Source of the DNA: a virus
Lineage: Duplodnaviria > Caudoviricetes
Virus record (IMG/VR): IMGVR_UViG_3300020161_002395
Coordinates: 1-64,000 of that record
DNA length: 64,000 nt
Direction: 5' to 3' (one strand)
Shown: in pieces, positions 14,286-24,293 of the stretch
Position numbering within the stretch: the first letter of the stretch is position 1
Layout of the letters: each line of letters begins with the position of its first letter
Notes under the pieces: generated by a model
Seen by the model: only the letters and a program-made list of their open reading frames with translations
The model's database searches: none
Told to the model about the DNA's origin: nothing
Program-made: the position numbers and the translations under genes

Positions 14286-15170
14286 ATGAAAAATAAATCA
14301 TACGTAGGAGAAGTTCAATGTTCACATTGTGAAAAACTCTTTACAAAAAGAATAAAACCAATAACTAAAAAACATTATTGTTCAGTTGAATGTAAACGTT
14401 CAGATAAAACATCAAGTATATCAGAATGGACTGATGAACGCAGAAAACAATATGCTGAAAAAATGAAAGGACAAAATAATCCCAATTTTGGTAATAAATG
14501 GACTGATGAGCAGCGATTGAAGCAATCAATCAAAAAAATACAACAATTTAAAGATGATCCAGACTATGCATATGCGTGTGGAAAAACTAATCGAGGAAAA
14601 AAGTTTTCAGAAGAACGAATTAACGCAATGCATGGACATAGGACAGCTGACAGTTATGGTCATAAATGCACTGAACAAACCAAAAAATTAATTGGAATTA
14701 AATCAAAAGAAAAATGGACAGATGAATACAAAAATAATCATAGAACAACAATGGAAACATTAGGGTATTGGCAACCATTACATACTGTAAACCCATATAA
14801 AGTATATTATAAAAACGCTAACTGGATTACTTCAATGGTAGATTTCTTTAATGTAGATGCTTTATTAAATTTAAAATTGTATGGAATCTTTAATTCCAAA
14901 AATACAAAAGGATGGGTTAGGGACCACATAGTATCAAGAAAAATTGGATATGAATTTAATATCCCATACCAACTATTGCGACACCCAGTAAATTTACAAT
15001 TTATATCACATTCAGAAAACATATCAAAAGGCTTTAAAGATATCAGATTGACAACGGATGAAAAAAGAAGTATAATTCATACTTTATACAATAAGATTAC
15101 CCAGTTTGATGCAAGCTGGGTGGAACACCAACTTTGTTTATCACTCATATCGAGTAAGGAGGTAGTCTGA
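14286..15170 (+). CDS. Homing endonuclease (NUMOD3-like repeats + HNH)
   Basis: KGQNNPNFG and RGKKFSEE repeats; RDHIVS...HPVNLQFISHSENISK; GATAAATA late promoter upstream. Confidence 0.75.
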   Translation: MKNKSYVGEVQCSHCEKLFTKRIKPITKKHYCSVECKRSDKTSSISEWTDERRKQYAEKMKGQNNPNFGNKWTDEQRLKQSIKKIQQFKDDPDYAYACGKTNRGKKFSEERINAMHGHRTADSYGHKCTEQTKKLIGIKSKEKWTDEYKNNHRTTMETLGYWQPLHTVNPYKVYYKNANWITSMVDFFNVDALLNLKLYGIFNSKNTKGWVRDHIVSRKIGYEFNIPYQLLRHPVNLQFISHSENISKGFKDIRLTTDEKRSIIHTLYNKITQFDASWVEHQLCLSLISSKEVV

Positions 15171-15721
15171 TGAAAATATTTATAACGTCAGACCTTTGAC
15201 TACATTTTGATCACAAAAATATACTAAAATTCCAACCAACTACACGTCCATATGGCGATGTTGACCATATGAATGCTGAGATAATTCGTATATGGAATGA
15301 AAATGTATCACCGGAAGACCTAACTTACATTTTAGGTGATGTAGCATTCTGCAAACCATCAAAAGCAGCAATGTTCATGCATTCCTTAAATGGTCGTAAA
15401 ATCCTCATTGAAGGTAATCATGATGAACGATTAGTTGAAAATGCAGAATTCCGTGATTGCTTTGAGGCAATTTATCAATATCACGAAATGAAACATAATG
15501 GCCATCGGATCTGTATGTTTCACTTTCCAATCTCTGAATGGCGTGATTGTCATCATGGTTCTGTTATGCTTCATGGTCACTTACATGGTAATCCAAGCGG
15601 CTTAACTGAATATAGAATTCGAGATGTTGGATTTGATGCAACTGGAAACATCGTGACATTACTTGATGACATCGTAAATGATGCTTTAACTGGTAAAATT
15701 AGATTACATGGGTGGAGATAA
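15170..15721 (+). CDS. Calcineurin-like metallophosphoesterase with an in-frame TGA at 15197-15199
   Basis: MKIFITSDL*LHFDH...LGDVAF...GNHD...HFP...LHGHLH; AAGGAGG RBS before ATG 15170. Confidence 0.8.
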
Positions 15722-16614
15722 TGACTTTTTTGGTAAATCAAGATATAAAACACTTTGTAGAAAATAATCCAACCTTAGTTTCTCGCAAAGATACTTCATA
15801 TCCAGGTGTTTATGTTCTAAAATACAAGAAAAAAGTATTTTATGACAATTTATGGAACGAATACTTGGAAGAATGCCGTGGAACATTGGTTGATGGTGAC
15901 TACAACGTCATTTCACGTCCATTTACTAAAATCTATAACTATGGGATTGAAAAACGTGCGCCATTATTAGATGATTCTGTTATAGTATCGGCATTTCGTA
16001 AAGTAAACGGCTTTATGGTTGCTATAACTTGGTACAATGATGATATCTTAGTATCAACTACTGGGTCAATTGATTCTGACTATGTAAAAATGGCATTAGA
16101 ATTGATTGATATTAACGCATATCGTGAAGTTTGTAAAAACTGGAAAGGTTTTACCTTTATGTTTGAGTGTGTTCATCCGAATGATCCGCATATCATCCCA
16201 GAAGAAGTTGGTATGCACCTGTTAGGATATCGTGAAAACTTCTGGAACAGTAAAGTAATGGCGGAACCTGATGAATTATACTGTTTAACGAAACAATTTG
16301 GATGCCATGAGGTTGGACACCATCATTTAACTGTTGGAACATTATTGAAAATAGTGAAATGTGTTAAACATGAAGGGTTTGTGTTCTATACCAATGATGG
16401 TGTAAGTGCTAAAATAAAATCACCATACTATTTGGTGAAGAAATTCGTAGCACGTAATCCAAATACCACTAAGTTGTTGGCATCTAATGTGAAAGAAAAA
16501 GTTGATGAAGAATATTATCCACTAATTGATCATATCCAATCAAATATTGATGAATTTACTGCGTTAGATGAACAGAATAGACTACAATGGGTTAGAAATT
16601 TCTTAGAAAATTAA
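15721..16614 (+). CDS. RNA ligase, T4 Rnl1-like
   Basis: ECRG, PFTKIYNYG, motif I KVNG, FECVHP, EGFV, KIKSPYY. Confidence 0.85.
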   Translation: MTFLVNQDIKHFVENNPTLVSRKDTSYPGVYVLKYKKKVFYDNLWNEYLEECRGTLVDGDYNVISRPFTKIYNYGIEKRAPLLDDSVIVSAFRKVNGFMVAITWYNDDILVSTTGSIDSDYVKMALELIDINAYREVCKNWKGFTFMFECVHPNDPHIIPEEVGMHLLGYRENFWNSKVMAEPDELYCLTKQFGCHEVGHHHLTVGTLLKIVKCVKHEGFVFYTNDGVSAKIKSPYYLVKKFVARNPNTTKLLASNVKEKVDEEYYPLIDHIQSNIDEFTALDEQNRLQWVRNFLEN

Positions 16615-16615
16615 C

Positions 16616-16641
16616 AATAGGACCTTCGGGTCCTATTTTTT
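16616..16641 (+). terminator. Rho-independent terminator
   Basis: aataggacc-ttcg-ggtcctatt followed by a T run. Confidence 0.85.
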
Positions 16642-16716
16642 GTCTGTATATATCTCCTAAATTATATAAATACACAATAAAGATCTAAAATGATCACGGA
16701 ATAACGGAGATAGCAA

Positions 16717-17934
16717 ATGTCGCTACGAATTAGAAGAGGAACAGAATCACAACGCCAAGCAACTACATTTGATCTTGGTGAAATTGTCTATACAACTGAT
16801 GGTAAAAAATTATTTGTAGGTGATGGTGTAACAGTTGGTGGTGTAAATGTATTAAAAACATCGGTTGGAGCTGGGCTATCATGGAATGATTCATCCCAAC
16901 AGCTTGAAATTAGTGGAACTAATTTATCAACCTCTAATATTATTGAGGGAACTAACCTATATTTTACAACTGATCGAGCACAGGATGCTGCAGCATCCTT
17001 ATTTACCCATAATGTTGGTCATAATAATATATCATTTACATATGATGATACACTTAATAAAATACTTGCAAGTGTGTCTGTTGATGGTACTGGAATCACA
17101 TCGGTATCAGATGATTCAAGTCCATCACTTGGTGGTGATTTATCATTAAACACACATAACATCGCTGGTGATGGTAATATAAGCATAAATGGGAACATCA
17201 CTGCAAATACATTAAATGGTAAATTGGGTTCAAATTTAGATCTAAATACAAGAAATATATCAGGAACTGGAAATATAATTATTAATGGCGTTATTAATTC
17301 AACTACTATTAATACTAAATTAGGTGCCAATCTACCACTGAATTCAAATGATATAATCGGAACTGGTAATATAAACATAACTGGTAGCATAAATGCCACA
17401 AATATTGGCAACAGTTTTTTTAATATTAATGATTCTACAATAACTTCAAACGGATTACAGATAAAATCACAATCAAGTGACATGTTAACAATAGCTGGGC
17501 TAACTAGAGGAACTAGTGTAGTTGACTCACCTAACATATCAATACTATCATCGAATGGATCTATTGAAAATCCAATGGAATTGACCGCAAACGATACTGT
17601 AGGTTCTTTATTCTTTAACGCATATAAAGAAAGTGAAGACTCCATATATGTTACCACATCCGGACTTATTGCTCAATTAGATTCTGATACTGATTTGGGT
17701 ACCACGTATCCATCAACTACTATAATTTTAATGACAGGTAATAATACTGACAACTTTAATGAATTTACATTTAACAGTAAAGGAGTATTTAATGCACCTG
17801 TGATTAAAGCAACGTCTTATTCAACCGGGTCATATCCAGTAAACCCAGAAAAAGGATGGATAATATTTGATAATATATCTAATCATTTCTATGGATATAA
17901 TGGAACATCATGGGTAGCATTTACAGGCCCGTAA
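16717..17934 (+). CDS. virion fibre/receptor-binding-type protein
   Basis: N-terminal LRIRRGT...GEIVYTTDGKKLFVGDG; G/N-rich beta repeats; TATAAATA late promoter upstream. Confidence 0.7.
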   Translation: MSLRIRRGTESQRQATTFDLGEIVYTTDGKKLFVGDGVTVGGVNVLKTSVGAGLSWNDSSQQLEISGTNLSTSNIIEGTNLYFTTDRAQDAAASLFTHNVGHNNISFTYDDTLNKILASVSVDGTGITSVSDDSSPSLGGDLSLNTHNIAGDGNISINGNITANTLNGKLGSNLDLNTRNISGTGNIIINGVINSTTINTKLGANLPLNSNDIIGTGNINITGSINATNIGNSFFNINDSTITSNGLQIKSQSSDMLTIAGLTRGTSVVDSPNISILSSNGSIENPMELTANDTVGSLFFNAYKESEDSIYVTTSGLIAQLDSDTDLGTTYPSTTIILMTGNNTDNFNEFTFNSKGVFNAPVIKATSYSTGSYPVNPEKGWIIFDNISNHFYGYNGTSWVAFTGP

Positions 17935-17943
17935 TCTAAAAAT

Positions 17944-17970
17944 AATCCCCATACAATTGTATGGGGATTT
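17944..17970. terminator. inverted repeat / terminator
   Basis: aatccccataca-at-tgtatggggatt. Confidence 0.7.
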
Positions 17971-18018
17971 CTATTAAAAACTAGACAACCAACTAATAAT
18001 GGTATATAATTGAACATA

Positions 18019-18074
18019 TAGACGTGATGGAAATAGGATAGTGGTGCCTTTGGAGGTTCAAATCCTCTCGTCTA
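18019..18074 (+). ncRNA. mini tRNA-like RNA (acceptor-like stem + T arm)
   Basis: tagacg/cgtcta stem and gagGTTCAAATCctc; promoter TAGACA...TATAAT just upstream. Confidence 0.45.
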
Positions 18075-18104
18075 GATCATTTTTACACACACTTCAGAGA
18101 ATAA

Positions 18105-18437
18105 ATGAAACCATTATTACTTTTTTTATTACTACTATCTTCAACTGCAAATGCAGAGTTCATCGATGACCCATATGCCAAGTTTTCCACAAAGAATAAT
18201 TTTACGAATTCTTCTAAAATTACTTGGAAACCAGTTGATAACGTGCAAGAAGAATGCAATAAAATACAAAAAAGAATAAATGGGAAGCCATATGCATATA
18301 AAGTTATGGCATGTTCTGAATGGAAGGAAAACTTGATTTTTTCAGATGAATGTGTTATAATTACAAGTAAAAACACTACCATGTGGACAATTGGACATGA
18401 AGTTCGTCATTGTTTTCAAGGAGCATATCATAAATGA
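18105..18437 (+). CDS. secreted protein with HExxH motif
   Basis: Signal peptide; GHEVRHC. Confidence 0.6.
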   Translation: MKPLLLFLLLLSSTANAEFIDDPYAKFSTKNNFTNSSKITWKPVDNVQEECNKIQKRINGKPYAYKVMACSEWKENLIFSDECVIITSKNTTMWTIGHEVRHCFQGAYHK

Positions 18438-18450
18438 TAAGTACAACACT

Positions 18451-18984
18451 ATGACTGATAAATTAAATAGCAGCCCAGACCGTGGATCATTTCGTAAAGA
18501 AAGTAGAATAAAAAAACTACTAGAAGAAGGAAAAGATGTATCAACTGATGCTTATTTCGATTCCTTACTTAGATGGGACCAACAAAAAATGGAAAAAGAA
18601 CAAGACCCTGAATGGCAGAAACATAACTTAGAATATGACTTGCGTTCAACTGATTGGCTTATCGAAAAAGTAAAATCGTCTGATACATACGCTCAGAATT
18701 TATATGCTGCATTATGCAATAATGAGTTTATACAGCTGGAAAATACTTGGGATATCCTGAAAGAAGAATATTGGTCTTGTAGTTGGCGGTATGCTGGTGG
18801 TATAATTGCAGATATTAAAGAAGAAGGTGATTACATTGATTGGTATTGTGCCGGTCTTAAGGGCGATGGACCTGGTAATCCAAGATACCATGGTGAAGGA
18901 TATGTCACCAGCGAAATTAAACAAGATTTAAAACAATTAGGATGGGTAGTAATACCTAATAAAGATAATGATGACTACTTATAA
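18451..18984 (+). CDS. hypothetical protein
   Basis: YAQNLYAALCNN...WSCSWRYAGGIIA...EGDYIDWYC. Confidence 0.7.
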   Translation: MTDKLNSSPDRGSFRKESRIKKLLEEGKDVSTDAYFDSLLRWDQQKMEKEQDPEWQKHNLEYDLRSTDWLIEKVKSSDTYAQNLYAALCNNEFIQLENTWDILKEEYWSCSWRYAGGIIADIKEEGDYIDWYCAGLKGDGPGNPRYHGEGYVTSEIKQDLKQLGWVVIPNKDNDDYL

Positions 18985-19138
18985 CGTAGACGAAATATTT
19001 GAAGACATACCAGGTGATAATGAAAACATTATAATGAATATCCCGCAAGAAATTATCAAAGAAATGGGGTGGGAGCCTGGTGATCACCTAACAATTAAAG
19101 TGGAGAACGAGGGACTAATAATCCGAAAAAATGAGTAA
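18971..19138 (+). CDS. AbrB/MazE/SpoVT-type DNA-binding protein (not in ORF track)
   Basis: MNIPQEIIKEMGWEPGDHLTIKVENEGLIIRK. Confidence 0.7.
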   Translation: MTTYNVDEIFEDIPGDNENIIMNIPQEIIKEMGWEPGDHLTIKVENEGLIIRKNE

Positions 19139-19349
19139 AGAAGACATGATAGAAATGACTGGTAAAGTCAATGACGTATTACCAGGTAATATGTTCAAAG
19201 TGCAAATTGAAAATACAGAACATATAATGCTTTGTTATTTGGGTGGTAAGCTTAAACAACATAAAATTCGAGTCATTCAAGGTGATAAGGTAAAAGTCGA
19301 AGCAAGTCCTTATGATTTATCACGTGGTAGGGTTACCTACCGATTATGA
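19131..19349 (+). CDS. infA: Translation initiation factor IF-1
   Basis: MSKEDMIEMTGKV..LP..F.V...GK....IRVIQGDKVKVE.SPYDLSRGRVTYR. Confidence 0.95.
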   Translation: MSKEDMIEMTGKVNDVLPGNMFKVQIENTEHIMLCYLGGKLKQHKIRVIQGDKVKVEASPYDLSRGRVTYRL

Positions 19350-19431
19350 CTACATTGTTTACATCCATATTTAGAATGTAAGTGAACACGTGGGATCTGT
19401 TTAAATTCTCCATGAATTGTATTAGATATGT

Positions 19432-19479
19432 TTAGAGTAGTTGGGAATTGGCGTTCCGCGAACTACACTTTTATTTATC
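19432..19479 (-). promoter_or_regulatory. Endonuclease-leader motif, orphan copy
   Basis: Minus strand GATAAATA-N-GTAGTTCGCGGAA...TTCCCAACTACTCTAA, same as the copies before three endonuclease genes. Confidence 0.7.
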
Positions 19480-19542
19480 TTTTCTTGTTGACAATCAATA
19501 TTCAAAATGATAAAATAAAATATAAAATTTATAGGTTATAAT

Positions 19543-20382
19543 ATGAAAATAACAGTTGTTAGTGATTTACATACAGAATTTAGTCCAATTTCATTGAATA
19601 ATTCTCAGAACGCAGACGTGTTAATATTGTCTGGTGATATTTTAATGTCTGAAATATTACATGATTACCAGATAGATTCTACTGATACTGTTCATAATAA
19701 CAGCCGCCATTTAAAAGCACTTCAATTTAGACAATTTTTACAAGAATGTTCAGATCAATTTAGAAATATAGTGATGATCGCAGGAAACCATGAATTTTAT
19801 CAGGGAAAATTTCATGCAGGGTTAGATTACCTTAAAGAAGAATGTTCAAGATATCCAAATATCCATTTTTTAGAAAATTCCTCTATTAAAATCGATGATG
19901 TTTTGTTTATTGGTGCAACATTGTGGACCGATGCAAATAAAGGTGATCCGTTGACAAAATATCAACTACCATATATGATGAATGATTATAAATTAATTAA
20001 AAATGATCATAAGGGGTTTAGAAGATTACAAATTGAAGATACTATCGAAAGACATCATAAATCAATGGATTATATTGAAATGATGGTTGAGAATGCACCC
20101 TCTGATACGAAAATAGTTATAGCCACGCATCATTCTCCTAGTTATTTGAGTATCGTAGACAAATATAAAGATGATTATGAAATGAATGGTGGATACCATA
20201 GTGATTTATCTAAATTCATTATAGATAATCCAAATATTTCACTGTGGTGTCACGGACATACACATGAAGTATTGGATTATAAACTCGGTGAAACTAGAAT
20301 TGTATGTAATCCACGTGGTTATGAAGGTGAATCATATAGTGAAAATACAGGCTGGAATCCGAACCTTTTATTGGAGATATAA
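19543..20382 (+). CDS. Metallophosphoesterase
   Basis: SDLH, SGDI, GNHE, THH, HGHTH motifs. Confidence 0.88.
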   Translation: MKITVVSDLHTEFSPISLNNSQNADVLILSGDILMSEILHDYQIDSTDTVHNNSRHLKALQFRQFLQECSDQFRNIVMIAGNHEFYQGKFHAGLDYLKEECSRYPNIHFLENSSIKIDDVLFIGATLWTDANKGDPLTKYQLPYMMNDYKLIKNDHKGFRRLQIEDTIERHHKSMDYIEMMVENAPSDTKIVIATHHSPSYLSIVDKYKDDYEMNGGYHSDLSKFIIDNPNISLWCHGHTHEVLDYKLGETRIVCNPRGYEGESYSENTGWNPNLLLEI

Positions 20383-20383
20383 C

Positions 20384-20566
20384 ATGACACAAGAAGCCCC
20401 ACAGAAAATAAGTGATATGTTAAGAATGACTGTTGATAACGCAACAGATTTTTATCATCAAATCGCCAACCATATCGATAATTTAGAAAGTAAAATTACA
20501 ATTCTTGAAGATAAAATAGCAGAATACCAAGAATTAAAAGAAAAAGAAGATGATGATCACAAATAA
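20384..20566 (+). CDS. small coiled-coil protein
   Basis: GGAG RBS before ATG 20384. Confidence 0.55.
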   Translation: MTQEAPQKISDMLRMTVDNATDFYHQIANHIDNLESKITILEDKIAEYQELKEKEDDDHK

Positions 20567-20626
20567 CAGTTGACATTATTAGATTTATGCATTATAATAC
20601 ACAATTTTAACACACGAGGAAATAAA

Positions 20627-21247
20627 ATGCCGTCATTAATCCCTATGGTTGTAGAACAAGAAGCACGTGGTGAACGTTCTTATGACATTTACAGTCGATT
20701 ACTTAAAGATCGTATCATTATGCTTGATACTGATGTAAATGAACATTCGGCCAGTATCTTGGTAGCACAGTTATTATTCTTGGAAAGCCAGGGAAATGAT
20801 GATATCCAGTTTTACATCAATAGTCCAGGTGGCAGTGTGACGGCTGGACTAGCTATCTACGATACGTTAGAATTCATTAAACCAGACGTATCTACTATTG
20901 TAGTTGGACAAGCATGTTCGATGGGAAGCTTTTTAGCACAAGCTGGTACACCTGGAAAGCGATTTGTACTGCCACAGTCGCGTACAATGATTCATCGTGT
21001 TAGTTCTGGTACACCAGGAACTAGGGGTTCTGTGCATGTTCAAGACTTACAATTTGAAGATGCGACTAGACACTTCAATGAATCAAAGTATCTTAATCAA
21101 CGATTGACTGAATTATATGTTCACCATAATTCAAAAGGTAAAACTTACGAAGAATTATTCGAAACTATGAAATTTGATACATTTTTATCTGCTGAAGAAG
21201 CAGTTGAATATGGATTGGCAGACGAAATTATTAAAAAGAGGGTGTAA
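20627..21247 (+). CDS. clpP: ATP-dependent Clp protease proteolytic subunit
   Basis: [51 protein letters not shown]. Confidence 0.95.
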   Translation: MPSLIPMVVEQEARGERSYDIYSRLLKDRIIMLDTDVNEHSASILVAQLLFLESQGNDDIQFYINSPGGSVTAGLAIYDTLEFIKPDVSTIVVGQACSMGSFLAQAGTPGKRFVLPQSRTMIHRVSSGTPGTRGSVHVQDLQFEDATRHFNESKYLNQRLTELYVHHNSKGKTYEELFETMKFDTFLSAEEAVEYGLADEIIKKRV

Positions 21248-21407
21248 ATATGTTTGTAGGATTAATTTGGCTTATTTTCTGTTTTGTTGTTGCATATGGT
21301 GCTTCAAACAGAAACAGAAGTTTTTTCTGGTGGTTTTTAATCAGTCTATTTGTATCACCACCACTTGCAGCAGTATTTTTAATTGTATTAGGTGAAGTAA
21401 AGGATTA

Positions 21408-22730
21408 ATGATGAGAGAACCATGGAAGGTTATTACACTATTAGAATCTGATAACAGCCGGTTAGTGAAAGAATCTATCATTGCAGAAGAAGTTAAATCT
21501 GCAAATGATATTTTCTTTCATGGGTGTAAGTTGGCGTTAGACCCAATGACTACATTTGGTATTAAACAAATCGAGGAGAAGACCGATGAAAACGGACCTG
21601 GACTTGCTTGGGACGATTTTTTTAGCACTGTTTCTACTTTTATTGATCGTTCATGTACTGGCAAATTGGCTAGAGACACCGTAAAAGAACTAATGAATCA
21701 ATCCACCGTGGAACAGTGGAATAATTGGTATCGTAGGATATTGATTAAAGATCTTAGATGCGGTGTCAGTGAAAAAACTATTAATAAAGCAGTAAAAAAA
21801 CATGATAAGTATACTATTCCTATTTTCAGTTGCCAACTTGCTCACGATAGTGCAAACCATGAAGCTAAGGTGATAGGAAAAAAACTTATTGAAGTTAAAC
21901 TAGATGGTGTTAGAATTCTCACGATTGTTTATCCTAACGGTAGAGTTGACCAATTTAGTCGTAATGGAAAACCATTATATAATTTTGATCAAGTCAGGCA
22001 ACAGTTTTCATTTATAGCTCATACACTCAACACCCCAATGGTGTTTGATGGTGAAATCATGAGTTCATCATTTCAAGACTTGATGACACAGGTAAATCGT
22101 AAAGAAAATGTCTCAACCAATGATGCAGTTCTTTACTTATTTGATATGATCCCATTAGAAGACTTTGAAAAGGGAAAATATAATGTTCCACAACAACAAC
22201 GTTCTTCTGAGTTAAAAAACTGGTTTGCAGATAAGCTTTTCCTACAATTACTCAATGTAAAAGTAGTAAAACAAGAATTGGTTGACTTGGATACAGTTGA
22301 CGGGTATAAAAGATACTTGACAATCAACCAATCAGCAATTGATGGTGGATATGAAGGCATAATGATAAAGGATCCTTATGCACCATATGAAAATAAACGT
22401 TCGACTTTTTGGTTGAAACTTAAACCATTTATTGAAGTGACATTAGAGATTGTTAAGGTCGAAGAAGGAACAGGAAAGTATGAAGGTACAACCGGTGCGC
22501 TGGTATGTAAAGGCATCGACGATTCGAGAGAAATCTTGGTTAACGTTGGTAGTGGCTTTAGTGATCAGCTTCGATTTGATATATGGGAATCTAGTAGCAG
22601 AATACTTGGTGAACTGGTTGAAATCCGTGCTGATGCTATAACTCAATCTCAAAATAGCGATGGTATTTATAGTTTAAGATTCCCTAGATTTAAAGGTTTT
22701 AGAGGTTTCACACCAGGTGAAAAACTTTAA
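21408..22730 (+). CDS. ATP-dependent DNA ligase
   Basis: KLDGVR, FDGE, EGIMIK, WLKLKP, SLRFPRF. Confidence 0.93.
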   Translation: MMREPWKVITLLESDNSRLVKESIIAEEVKSANDIFFHGCKLALDPMTTFGIKQIEEKTDENGPGLAWDDFFSTVSTFIDRSCTGKLARDTVKELMNQSTVEQWNNWYRRILIKDLRCGVSEKTINKAVKKHDKYTIPIFSCQLAHDSANHEAKVIGKKLIEVKLDGVRILTIVYPNGRVDQFSRNGKPLYNFDQVRQQFSFIAHTLNTPMVFDGEIMSSSFQDLMTQVNRKENVSTNDAVLYLFDMIPLEDFEKGKYNVPQQQRSSELKNWFADKLFLQLLNVKVVKQELVDLDTVDGYKRYLTINQSAIDGGYEGIMIKDPYAPYENKRSTFWLKLKPFIEVTLEIVKVEEGTGKYEGTTGALVCKGIDDSREILVNVGSGFSDQLRFDIWESSSRILGELVEIRADAITQSQNSDGIYSLRFPRFKGFRGFTPGEKL

Positions 22731-23410
22731 AGTTTCCTTCTAGCTGCCTTACAAGTTTTACTATCATAATGTTGGTGAATATTTTGTTCACCAACTCTAA
22801 TTTCTTTACATAGAATACAACAAGCGGAAGCCATTGTATTTTTAATTTTTTGAATTGATTCAACGTTAGTCATCGGATTATTATGCAACATTCTTTTTTT
22901 AGTAGCAAGTCTCTGTGAGTCTGGCATAAGTTGACCCCGAGGTCCCATCCTGGCTTTTGATTCTGATGTGTGGGTTTTGTTATAAAAAGGATTTTCATCT
23001 CCTACACGCGATGAACCGTGCATTGGATTTTTTGATCCTGCTACCCGCAACCTTCGGTTTAAACGTTCTTCAACACTGAATGTTGCCCCTGAACCACCAT
23101 CTAACCCATTTTCAGGTTTAAGATTGGCCCAAAAATCTGAAAATTCTACATCAAATAAATCAGATAATGCAATCGCAGTATTGACTAACTCATTTATATC
23201 AGTATATAATTTATACCAAATGGTATCGACATGCTTTTTACCATATTTTGCTATGTGATTACACCATTTTTTACCAGAACCTTTATATTTAATAGGATCT
23301 TTTCTTGATGTTTTGCATAGATATTTCATACCGGTAATGCTATGCTGTTTAATCATTAAAAATGTTGGTTTAAATTTTTGTCGAGCTGTTTCTGAAATAT
23401 AAATATTCAT
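22727..23410 (-). CDS. Seg-like (GIY-YIG-related) homing endonuclease with NUMOD3 repeats
   Basis: LMIKQHSITGMKYLCKT...YKGSG...WANLKPENGLDGG; NPMHG, NPFYNKTH. Confidence 0.75.
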   Translation of the reverse strand: MNIYISETARQKFKPTFLMIKQHSITGMKYLCKTSRKDPIKYKGSGKKWCNHIAKYGKKHVDTIWYKLYTDINELVNTAIALSDLFDVEFSDFWANLKPENGLDGGSGATFSVEERLNRRLRVAGSKNPMHGSSRVGDENPFYNKTHTSESKARMGPRGQLMPDSQRLATKKRMLHNNPMTNVESIQKIKNTMASACCILCKEIRVGEQNIHQHYDSKTCKAARRKL

Positions 23411-23430
23411 GCTGATGTCCTCCAATGACA

Positions 23431-23476
23431 TTAGAGTAGTTGGGACGGCAATCCGCGAACTACACCCTTATTTATC
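23431..23476 (-). promoter_or_regulatory. Endonuclease-leader motif
   Basis: GATAAATA + GTAGTTCGCGGA-ttgccg-TCCCAACTACTCTAA. Confidence 0.75.
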
Positions 23477-23545
23477 CTTACCTATATTATATCATAAATT
23501 GAATTGAATGTAAAATATAAATATTGTAGTTATTAAGGAACTACA

Positions 23546-23749
23546 ATGCGAGATTTACTCGATTTACTAGAAGCAAAATCAAAATGCCAGACACCTGGTG
23601 CCAATTATAAATTTGAAACACACGGTAAGAAAGTAATTTCTACTGTAACATTGCCATTTAATTTAGAACTAACCGAAACCCAAGTTAAGAAACTTGAAGA
23701 TGAATTACATGATGCATTGGAAGGTGTATTCAAACAATTTTTTAAATAA
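23546..23749 (+). CDS. hypothetical protein
   Basis: AAGGA RBS, TAAATA upstream. Confidence 0.6.
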   Translation: MRDLLDLLEAKSKCQTPGANYKFETHGKKVISTVTLPFNLELTETQVKKLEDELHDALEGVFKQFFK

Positions 23750-23807
23750 TATTGACAACACCCTTTTAGTAATGTATACTATCATCTAATTTAACTCAGA
23801 GAACATT

Positions 23808-23996
23808 ATGGAAACAATATTGGTATTTGTATTTGTATTAGTTGTATTAGTTGTATTTGGACTAATTCTTGTAATATCAGGCTGGGTATTTTTTTGGATG
23901 GAAAGTATATTCAACAACACATTCAAAGCTTGGCTGGCATCTATTTTATTAATGGAAAGCATACTTGGTTTAGTTTATGTTTATCTAAACTATTGA
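23808..23996 (+). CDS. small membrane protein
   Basis: Hydrophobic; own sigma70 promoter. Confidence 0.55.
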   Translation: METILVFVFVLVVLVVFGLILVISGWVFFWMESIFNNTFKAWLASILLMESILGLVYVYLNY

Positions 23997-24046
23997 CATT
24001 TCTATAAAAACTGCTATAATACATTTTTAGAATAATTAGGTACACT

Positions 24047-24241
24047 ATGCCATTTAAAAACGATTTAGAAGTATACCAAGCATTGATTGCAGGTGAAACT
24101 GTTGTAAGAACTGACGAATACAACTATATTCAATTTAAAATCATCAATGCTGATCTTAATAAATCATATGATTCAGGAAAAACATGGTGTTCATCGCACC
24201 TTGATGTTAAATCCTGTGTATTAGCGATCAAACCTGCTTGA
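24047..24241 (+). CDS. hypothetical protein
   Basis: Own sigma70 promoter. Confidence 0.55.
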   Translation: MPFKNDLEVYQALIAGETVVRTDEYNYIQFKIINADLNKSYDSGKTWCSSHLDVKSCVLAIKPA

Positions 24242-24293
24242 CATTTAACAAATAACCTGTTATAATACAATTTTAACACACTGAGATAAACTT

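Noticed and set aside
15197-15199. Genome-wide TGA reassignment
   Set aside because: Many genes end in TGA (often ATGA overlaps), long genes are intact in code 11, and no suppressor tRNA was seen.
16717-17934. Diversity-generating retroelement target
   Set aside because: No reverse transcriptase gene or template/variable repeat pair found in the window.
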